The notes below the pieces were generated by a model. It was not told where the DNA came from. It ran no database searches and was given only the letters and a program-made list of their open reading frames with translations. Below are positions 53,800-64,000 of a stretch of DNA of 64,000 nucleotides, in pieces. The stretch comes from Octopus sinensis. Taxonomy: Eukaryota. The position numbers were made by a program, and so were the translations under genes. Each line of letters opens with the position of its first letter. Positions within the stretch are counted from its first letter, which is position 1. The stretch spans positions 2,232,001 through 2,296,000 of the forward strand of contig NC_043026.1 of NCBI RefSeq assembly GCF_006345805.1, read 5' to 3'.

Positions 53800-54449
53800 G
53801 ACAGGCTTCTTTCAGTTTCTGTCTACCAAGTCCACTCACAAGGCTTTGGTCAGGTCAAGGCTATAGTAGAAGACACTTGCCCAAGATGCCACGCAGTGGG
53901 ACTGAACCCGGAACCATATGGTTGGTAGACAAGCTACTTACCACACAGCCACTCCTACGCCTATGTAATTAATTTAATTTTAATTAAATTAATTTCTAAT
54001 TTTTCTCCCATGTTATTTACTGCTGTTTGAAATGATTATATGCATGGATTACATTCATTTACAATTTTTCACACTTTCTCTTCTCCATCTTTAACAGTTT
54101 GTTGGGTTTCTATAGGATACGTGTTCTATAAATACTCACAACACACCTTATACTTGTAGCATTTTCATATTCACAAAATTCTTACAACAGTAAGCTACCA
54201 ATGAAATAGGAAGTAACTTTATTAGAAATCGACTTTTGGAAGCCTCCAAAGTAAAGGATGAAACAGAACTCAACCTTTTCTCACAGACACACACACATAT
54301 AGGTGCAGGTGTCGCTGTAGGATAAGAAATTTGCTTCCGAACCATATGGTTCTGGGTTCAGTCGACTGTGTAGCCCCTTGAGCAAATGTCATCTATTATT
54401 GCCTCCGACTGACTGGATTTGGTAGATGGAAACTGAAAGATGCTTATTG

Positions 54450-54515
<66 letters not shown>

Positions 54516-54520
54516 GTATG

Positions 54521-54587
<67 letters not shown>

Positions 54588-54588
54588 C

Positions 54589-54668
<80 letters not shown>

Positions 54669-55102
54669 CATATTTTGATTTTAATAATATAGGGTAAAAT
54701 CAGTAATAATTTTACCAGGTAGCCAGTACGTATATAAAAACCTTTTAGGTAAATTTTACAAATTATTCTATAATTATGTATAAATATTATAAATAGATGA
54801 GTGTATTTTTACCTTGTTAACAATTAACACAGAAAAAAAAATAAATAGTTACCAGGGCAGCAAAAATCTCACAAGTAAAGGTGTTGTAACTCCTTGTTTA
54901 TAAAGGTAGAAACTTCGTGTTTACGTTGAATATTTTGAATAATATGAATAAAAAATATTAATATCCCTACTCTTTCTGTTAGCTACTTATGACGTTATAT
55001 CATATAACGTTTTTTTAAACAATATTAATAGCGTTCTGTCTATCGCTATACAAATCCATCATTTTTTGCTAAAATGTCTTATTGATGAGTTTCGTTTTTT
55101 TC

Positions 55103-55188
55103 ACTTTCCTGAGGAGAAGATTGCATTGTTTATACCATTTATTCTTTTGAATAGTATCAGTGGAATTTTCGAAACATGTGTCGAAAGT
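55103..55188 (+). ncRNA. Hammerhead ribozyme motif with extended helix II
   Basis: acuuuc-CUGAGGA-GAAGAUU...AAUUUUC-GAAA-CAUGU-GUC-gaaagu; perfect 6-bp stem I. Confidence 0.8.
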
Positions 55189-55227
55189 AAAAATATTTGA
55201 TTACACCTGTGTTAACTCCATTTTTTA

Positions 55228-55261
<34 letters not shown>

Positions 55262-55360
55262 ATCAGCAACAATTTAGATTCAAATGAATATGGTACTTAA
55301 TTTAGATGCACCAGAATTTTGTATGGTGTTATCCATAAAAATATGCGTGGTGATTATAAT

Positions 55361-55715
<355 letters not shown>

Positions 55716-55874
55716 CACACACATGCACACACACACACACTTCTCCTTTGTCTTCGTCTCCACTTCCTTACTCCCTTCTGCCTCTTCTGCCTCAGACATT
55801 TTCCAACTGTTGACCATCACCATAAGCAACCCTTACTTTCAGTATGATGACTTGGTATTCAAACAGATTCTAGA

Positions 55875-56843
55875 GATGACCGTACGTAAAGGAGATGCTG
55901 ACAGAATGTCTCCTTTTCAACACCACACAGTTGCCTTACAAAGAAGAAGCCAAAATACATGGAATAAAAGAATGCCAGTGCCAAGGAAGAATAGAGAAGA
56001 CGGCACAACCATTAAAGAAGAAAACTTTATTTACAGATGCGTACATAAGAGCGTGTATGAGTGCTAGCAGAGTGTTTGTCTGAGTGCGTGCGACAAGTGT
56101 GTGTCTGTGTGTTCGTGAGTGTAGTCAGAACAATAGGAAATGAGTCTCTCAGGATACAAATGAATGTTCAGACAAGATGTTGATAAATACCGCTTCAGTG
56201 TAAGACACACCATGGCAGTGGTTCTGTATCAATGAAGTTGGTGGCAAAGTGGAGAGACAGTTGAACCCATGTGGTGTAGTGGTTGAGGCATCAATCCTAT
56301 GCCAGGTTGCTTTGGTACAGAAGGTCTCGCAGGTAGAGCTGAGCTGTTAACCTTGGTGAATATTCACAACAGCATGAAGTTAAACCTGGGCGATGGCTGC
56401 GTACATATTGTTGAAGTCAACGGTGGTGATGGCGACGTTGAGGTGAAGGCAATGGAGGTGGAAAACGTCCTGAGATACTGCATGTTGTTTTTGGTGTCGT
56501 CGCAGGAACATGGCTGGGTCACTGGAACTGGCTGTCTGGTTTAGATGCTCCGTGGTCAATGGTCAAGGACCAAAGACGAACAATTCACTGGATCACTGGG
56601 TTTTTTATACGTAACAGTAGGCTCAAATTGGATTGTGAACTAGCTGTCTTACATGATCTTATTCAGGGACTCTGATTGCATATTGGCGTGACAGAGTAAA
56701 AGACAAATTGCACCAATACCAACCAATCAGAGTGGTGGACACAACAGGGTCCAAATTGCAGCCAAAAGTTAGCTGTTATCTGCTACGTCCGTATTTGTGT
56801 TATATATGTCAGAGAGAGAGGATTTCACTAAGGGTACGCTACA
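55875..56843 (-). mobile_element. Solo-LTR-like element related to 20743-21852 (5' end) and 14500-15343 (3' end)
   Basis: The reverse complement starts TGTAGCGTAC and shares gattggttggtattgg.gcaatttgtct with the 20743 element. Confidence 0.7.
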
Positions 56844-58068
56844 AGATCTTGGCTCTGTCTATGGTATGAAACCAGTCAGGTCTGCTGGCTATTGACCAGC
56901 TAAAGTGCAGACCATTTAACACTTCCTACTCGTGTGTTTTTCCTCTCCAGGTATGGGGATGACATCTAAATGCTGACTTCCTCTTGTGAGGAGGACATCA
57001 ACATGTGTTCACTGTGAATTACTCCTAACCTACCAACCCAGAGTCACAAACATACTAAATGAACTTTCTCAATCGTGCAACAGGTGTAATGAGGTAGAAT
57101 TTAAAGCAAGCTTGGGCAACCTTTTACAAGATGTGGGTTGCATAAGATATGGCTTATTAACAGGTGGGTTGCATTGCTAAATTAATTTAATGTAGTTTCT
57201 TACTTGGTGTTCCATTCAGAAAATCCCCTGATTCATGGTTTGCGGGGGACTGATAGAAATCACCAACACCAAATAAGAAGCTTCCTTCCCAACACATGGT
57301 TCCAGGTTCAGTCCCACTGCATGGTACCTTAGCCTCATGCTGAACAAAGCCTTGTGGATGGATTTACTTGATGAAAACTGAAAGAAGCCCATCATATGTG
57401 TGTGTGTGTGTTTGTGTGTGTTTGTGTCTGTGTTTCTCCCCCACCACAGCTTGACAGCCAGTGTTCGTGTGTTTACATCCCTATAATGTAGTGGTTCATC
57501 AAAAAGAGAGCAAAGGAATAAGTACCAAAAACAGATACTGGGGTATGTTCATCCCACTAAAAAATTCTTCAAGCAGTGCTCCAGTATGGCTGCAGTCTAA
57601 TGACTATGTACAGACAAATATATGAATCAGAAAATACCTGGAACACACCCATATTCAGGACTTTGTGGTTGTTATTAAGACAGCAGAGCATAGCATGAAA
57701 AAAGTGGGAAACCCTCCTCATAAATAAAATGAAGCCATTGATCAAAAGCAGATAAGAGTTTGCACGGGGTCGATTGCTTGTTGTCACAGGGTTGTCCAGA
57801 ACACATCATTGACCACATTCCCTTCCTATAGATCTGGAAAAAAGCTACCAACTCAACATCATTCTCTACTTCTTCATGATGAAGGAATATTCACCTCAAA
57901 ATATAGAAATATAGAAACACAGACACAAAGACACACATACACACACAAACACACACACATATGATGGGCTTCTTTCAGTTTCCATCAAGGTAAAGTACAA
58001 GCGGTTCTTCTCTCTTCCTCACTTCTGCTTTCACTTCTAAAGGTTTTTGAACAATTTCAATCTTAATT

Positions 58069-58296
58069 TTAACCCTTTAGTAATTAAACCAGTGATGTCT
58101 GGCCCAAATATTCTTCATGTTTTAAGTTCAAACTGGTCAGATCTGGCCTGTCACACCCATCCTACAATGTCATTCTAAAAATATAGAATCACATCATCAA
58201 AATTTCAAAGCTATGAGATAAAGCAGGATTAATTCAAAGCAATGTGAAAAAATAAGCAGAACATTTAACAGAGTAATCTGAATGCTAAAGGGTTAA
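58069..58296. mobile_element. piggyBac-like MITE (TTAA TSD); related copies at about 60105-60330 and 62732
   Basis: ttaa|CCCTTTAG...CTAAAGGG|ttaa. Confidence 0.7.
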
Positions 58297-58338
58297 ATAT
58301 CAAAACAATAAAGGCTTCTTTCAAACTACACCCTGCTA

Positions 58339-58376
<38 letters not shown>

Positions 58377-58578
58377 TTCAAGCAGCTGGATTTGGCTCCA
58401 TGCAACTTGAAGTTTTGTCGGCCTCTAACAGAAGTCCACCAAACTTTAAGTCATATGTAGCTGAATCAAACTATTTTAAATAATATATATGACTCCTAAA
58501 TAATATATGTAATGCCTACTAAATGTGTTGACTACCTGTTCCTTTTGTTTGTTCACTCACTCTTTATAAATATAAATA

Positions 58579-58651
<73 letters not shown>

Positions 58652-58853
58652 AAAGAAAATGGAGGAATACACTTTAATCAATAATCAACTACCAGGTAAT
58701 ACCCATTTACATAATTTATTAACCAACTACATAGGAACATCAAGATCAAACACAATAATACAGAACAAAACAGTGCACATCAATGAGTAATATGATACAA
58801 TAAGTACAATACGTATAAATAAATATAAATAAATATAAATATAAATATAAATT

Positions 58854-58984
58854 AGATCTTACAGCTGTTTCAGCCATGTAGATATGAATATCTCATTATG
58901 CTCATATTAGCCAGGTGTGTTAAGGTAATATGTGGTTATAAATGAGATACTTATATATATATCCCAAGGCCTCTTCAGAGATTA
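58854..58984 (-). ncRNA. Hammerhead ribozyme motif, homologue of 5208-5336, inside an element at about 58646-59360
   Basis: aucu-CUGAAGA-GGCC...GGCU-GAAA-CAGCU-GUA-agau; 59164-59295 is an inverted copy of 58646-58760. Confidence 0.8.
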
Positions 58985-59375
58985 TAAAGTACAATTCAAA
59001 TATGAATATAAGAGAAGGTACACATATACAAGAATGAGTACATATACATAATATGTAATATATACATACATATAAGTGTATATACACATGCACCTACATA
59101 TATATAAGTATATACATAATAATATACATACATATAAGGTTACAGTTAGTCAAATCAATATATTAGAATATACATTCTATTGTGTTTGATCTTGATGTTC
59201 CTATGTAGTTGGTTAATGAATTATGTGAATGGGTATTATCTGGTAGTTGATTATTGATTAAGGTGTATTCCTCCATTTTCTTATTTTGTATTATGAATTT
59301 GAGGTAAAACATTTTACCTTTGCCCATATAATACAATAAATGAATTAATTGCATCGCAATTATATATTATGTATA

Positions 59376-59449
<74 letters not shown>

Positions 59450-59571
59450 CAACTAATAAGGGTGAGAAAATTGGATACTAATTTAATAGTACCATCAATT
59501 TAACACCAAGTGGCTTAGTGCATAAAAACCAGGAATACAATAAATTTTATACGTAAATATAAGAGAGTAAC

Positions 59572-59613
<42 letters not shown>

Positions 59614-60351
59614 GAATAAATAAATGGAGTTAACGCAGGTGTAATCAAATATTTTTACTTTCGACACATGTTTCGAAAATTCCACTGATACTATTCAAAG
59701 GAATACTTGTGAGATTTTTGCTACCCTAGTAACTATTTATTTATTTTTTCCATGTTAATTGATAACAAGGTAAAAATACACTCATCTATTTATAAATAAA
59801 TATATACACACACACACACACACACAAATTTGCACCCAATTTCTGTATACTAAACTCCCATACAAAGTCTTGCTTAGCCCAGGGCTATAGTAGAAGACAC
59901 TTGCTCAAGGTGCCACACAGGGGGACTGAACATGAGACCATGTATTTATAAACCAAACTTCTTAGCTACACAGCCACACCTGCACCTACAAGGGGAAGTA
60001 AGTATGCAAAAAGACGTTACAGAAAATCCAAATTAAGCCAAAAATGGCCAAACATTCTTCTTTCAAACAGCTCTGAATGGAATTTCTTTCTTTAAGTTAA
60101 TTTCACCCTTTAGCATTTAAACTGACCTTTTCCAGCTAAAATATTCTACCTGTTTAATATTTAAACAGACCAGATCTGACCTTTCATGCCATCTTTGCAA
60201 TATCATTTTAAAAATTAACATTTGCCTCTACAAAATCTCAAAGCTACAAGATAATGGAGGATTAATACAAAACAATGGAAATAGATAAGAATTACTTTTG
60301 ACAGAATAATATGAATGTTAAAACGTTAAATGCCTCTAAATTTCTTTATTA

Positions 60352-60468
60352 TTAACCTTTAGCACACTGCATTTGTCTTTAAAATTGTTTCCCCTGCCAC
60401 TCTCCTGTTACTACAGGGGAGATAACTCATATAGTGACGTAATGCACTATGAGTGTTCTAAAGGTTAA
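60352..60468. mobile_element. Small TTAA-flanked MITE
   Basis: ttaa|CCTTTAGcacac...gtgttCTAAAGG|ttaa. Confidence 0.55.
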
Positions 60469-61179
60469 TTTTCTAAAATAATCCTTTCTACTAAAGGCAC
60501 AAAGCCTGAAATTTTGGGGGAGAGGACCGGTCAATTATATTGACTCCAGTATGTAACTGGTATGTAATTTATCAACCCTGAAAGGATGAAAGGCAAAGAT
60601 GACCTCAGCTGAATTTGAACTCAGAATGTGAAGACAGACAAAATACCACTAAGCATTTCGCCCAGTATGCTAACGATTCTGCCAGCTCACCACATTTGCC
60701 ACCTTTTCCAAAATATTCATCATCAGCAGTCAATAATTGCAGGGGCCTGACTAGCTGCTGCCAGTTTGTACTAGTTACTGTTGAGGCATCAGGGGTTTCT
60801 AAAACCCTGTGTGACTGATCTCCTCTGCAAAATCAGGATAACAGTGGCCCGTCTGAGAAATGACCCCTGTATGGCAGAGAGGCTGTTGCAGTGAAAGCTG
60901 CTGGCCATTCTCCACAACAACAGCATCACAGTGATTACCGAGGGACATGGTTGAGCACACCATTTGTTCAGGAGGTGTATGTGACCCCATTGCCTCTTCT
61001 CGCTCCATCTTCTGCTGCTTTACTCCCCACCCTTTTTCTTTTCTTCCCTTTCACCCCCACTCCATTTCTTTCTCTTTAAATGTTATAAATAAATAAAAGA
61101 AATTTTATACAAAGAAGAGAAAATCATGCAAAACTACATCAAAAGGACATTTTTTGAAAAAAATTTTTAGATTAAAATT

Positions 61180-61870
61180 TGTGGTGGAAGAAAATGAGAC
61201 ACCTTCATTCGATGATTCATGATGCCATTCAGGTTGAGGATCTCTCATTTTTCCGAATATAGTAATAAGATATTATTCTTTACAAACAAGTCTTGAGGCA
61301 TAATTTCAAGTGGCTGATACTTTCACAAGTTTTCTCATGGTCATTTCTTGATTCGGAGCATGTGTTTTTATTGTAGAATGTTTCAAAAGGGCTGATTAAT
61401 CCATTGAAAGTCAAGAAAAAATACTTTGCATTGACTTATGTGTATCATCGCTTGAGATAAAACTAGATTTAGTTTGTGGGCAAAACAGTGTAAGAGAAAA
61501 ATAGTTGAATCCTCCTTGTTACATTGTTTACGCAGGTCATTTAACTCATTCAATTCTCTTGCTATAACAACAACACCATCGTACATATGAGTAACTGGTA
61601 TAATTTCACATTGATATGTTTGTGTACGATTTGTGACAAATGGCTAAAGCACTTCAGCTGTTCTTTTTGTAAAGACAGTATTTTAACCCTAAGAACCATT
61701 CATGTATTTTTTATCCAACAACTGACTTCCAGTGATTGTGTCAGGGATTTTACGAAGCATTACAGACATGAATTTTGAAGGCTGGATTTGTCTTTCTCCT
61801 TTTGTCAAATACAAAAAACTAACGCAGATGGTATGGGATTGTTTTGTTAACCGTTTTACTGCAAGATTTA
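61180..61870 (-). mobile_element. hAT-type (ZMYM1-like) transposase relic
   Basis: YDG...HCFAHKLNLVL, the CxxH motif of hAT transposases; frameshifted. Confidence 0.75.
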
Positions 61871-62011
61871 ATTTTCATGCTTATTAGGGGCAGGCATGGC
61901 TGCGTCGTAAGAAGAAATTTGTTTCCCAATGGCTCTGAGCTGAGTCCCACTGTGTGGCACTTTGGGGTGGAGTATCTTTTATTATAGCCCTGAGCTGATA
62001 AAAATCTTGTG

Positions 62012-62450
62012 AATGGTGGTGGTGTTGGTGATTGTGGTGGTGGTGGTGGTGGTTGTGGTGGTGGTGGTGATGGTGGTGGTGGTGGTGGTGGTGGTGGTGG
62101 TGGTGGTGGTGGTTGTGGTGGTGGTGGCAGTGGTGGTTGCGGTGGTGGTGGTGGTGGTGGTGGTGGTGGGTGGTGGTGGTGGTGGTGGTGGTGGTGGTGG
62201 TGGTGGTGGTGGTGGTGGTGGTGCGGTGGTGGTGGTGGTGTGGTGGTGGTGGTGGTGGTGGTGGTGGTGTGGTGGTGGTGGTGGTGGTGTGTGGTGGTGG
62301 TGGTGGTGGTGGTGGTGGTGGTGTGGTGGTGGTGGTGGTTGGTGGTGGTGGTGGTAGTGGTTGCAGTGGTGGTGGTGGTTGCGGTGGTGGTGGTGGTGGT
62401 GGTGAGGAGGAGGAGGAGGACAATAATGTTGGTGGTAATGATGATGATGC
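62012..62450. repeat. (GGT)n trinucleotide tract; a similar (CAC/CAT)n tract is at 6996-7262
   Basis: Seen directly. Confidence 0.97.
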
Positions 62451-62961
62451 TGATCCGCTGAGACTTGTAGCATTGTCAACGAAGTCTCTTGGCTGCTCTC
62501 TTTCCATCATATTTGCTTAGCAAACTCAACAAATTTGACCCTTTGACCCCTGTTTACTGATCCAATGCTCTCATCGTGGCCCTTTAAATCTCTGCTCTGT
62601 TTTTACGGACAGACTGTATCAATGTAACATTTCATGAGGTCCCTGTTTCTATTAAGAAACTATTTTGATTGGCACAAACTCCCTTTTTATCACTCAACAT
62701 ATTCTCAGCCCCTAGCTTTACCAAAAGTTTTTAACCCTTTAACATTTAAACCAGCCATATCCAACCAAAGTAATTCTTTTATTTATTTCAGTCATTTGAC
62801 TGTGGCCATGCTGGGGCACCTCCTTGAAGAGTTTTACTTGAACAAATCGACCCCAGGACTTTTTTGGGAAGTTTAGTACTTATACTATCCGTTTCTTTTA
62901 CAGGGACATAAACACATCAACACCAGTTGTCGAGTGACCATGGGAGGACACACACACACAC

Positions 62962-63469
62962 AGTAAAATCTATTTGCCAACATAAGGTGGCAGTCCTGCA
63001 TAGGACCACATTATTACCTTTTAACCCCAGAAAAGCATCTTTTCCAGCTAGTTATCAACACACCATCTGTGTCTGAAATATAGTGTGAGCAATGGAGCAC
63101 ACTGTTTCCTCCAAGCCACTAGCAGCGCTAACAGACCAATGGTTTCGGAGTAATTACCCGTCCTTGGTGCAGGACAACCGCCAGCTAGAGACAGCAGCTT
63201 ACTCAACCCTCCTCACAGTAGTGACACAGTCACTGATCTCATAATGAGGAAAACAGCAAGTTTTGAATCTCTGAATGAGATTTAAGTAGTAACTATACTG
63301 TTGGTACTGCTAGTGGCTGGGAGGGAGTAGTACGTTCCCTTGCTCACACTGTATTTCAGACACAGATTGTGCACCAATAACCAGCTGGAAAAGATGTTTT
63401 CCTGGGGTTAAAAGGGAGTAACATGGTCCTACACAGGACTACCACCTTACATTGGCAAATAGATTTTAC
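62962..63469. mobile_element. MITE with about 140-bp TIRs
   Basis: AGTAAAATCTATTTGCCAA...TTGGCAAATAGATTTTACT with extended arm pairing. Confidence 0.8.
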
Positions 63470-63526
63470 TAAGAAATAATTAGAACTAAGATCTCATTCA
63501 GAGATTTAAATCTGGCTGTTTTACTC

Positions 63527-63567
<41 letters not shown>

Positions 63568-64000
63568 AGGTTATAAGAGGTAATGGTGTCATTGAGACCC
63601 AAAGGTGTCAGGTAATGCTGAATAAGTGCTATAGACAGACCATAGTTAAGTTCCAGATTTGGTGATTTTGAGAAAAAGGGGTTCAATGCCTGTCATATGT
63701 CAGTGTGTGTACATAAGAATTTTTTGTGTAATGAGATAAAAAAACCCAAGGCTGTGTAGATATGAGAACATTTATAGATAGAAGGTCTTACAGCTGCTTG
63801 TAGGATATGTATTGATTATATCCCTTCATCGGAGACGGTGTGAGAGGATGGTTAAGTAATAATTAATTTAGATGGGATATAAAATAGAGAGTGAGGTGGA
63901 GGAAAGAAAATAGATGTGAGATATGTAGGGATATTGCATTTGTAGATGCATTTTTTAGGCAGAATGGTATATCTGTAAGATTCCAATACCTTATGAGAAA

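Overview
Eukaryotic, AT-rich and microsatellite-saturated DNA. The SINE families and repeat landscape look like a coleoid cephalopod, probably Octopus (my inference, not verified). I can support one host gene: a minus-strand, five-coding-exon gene for a 227-aa secreted CAP/SCP protein with a hinge and C-terminal ShKT domain (CRISP/venom-allergen-like). All its introns are GT-AG and phase-consistent, and a poly(A) signal follows the stop. A probable TATA promoter and non-coding first exon lie about 8.9 kb upstream. The rest is mostly decayed transposons: Penelope-like elements, an R4/Dong-type LINE split by a solo LTR, RTE LINE ends, Tc1, mariner and hAT relics, MITEs, Helitron/Helentron-type elements and many tRNA-derived SINEs. 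The most notable hidden signal is about ten hammerhead-ribozyme-like motifs in short non-coding elements beside (TA)n tracts, four of them with intact cores and unusually long helix II extensions. Most entries in the ORF track are microsatellite artefacts. Repeat boundaries are approximate unless termini are quoted.
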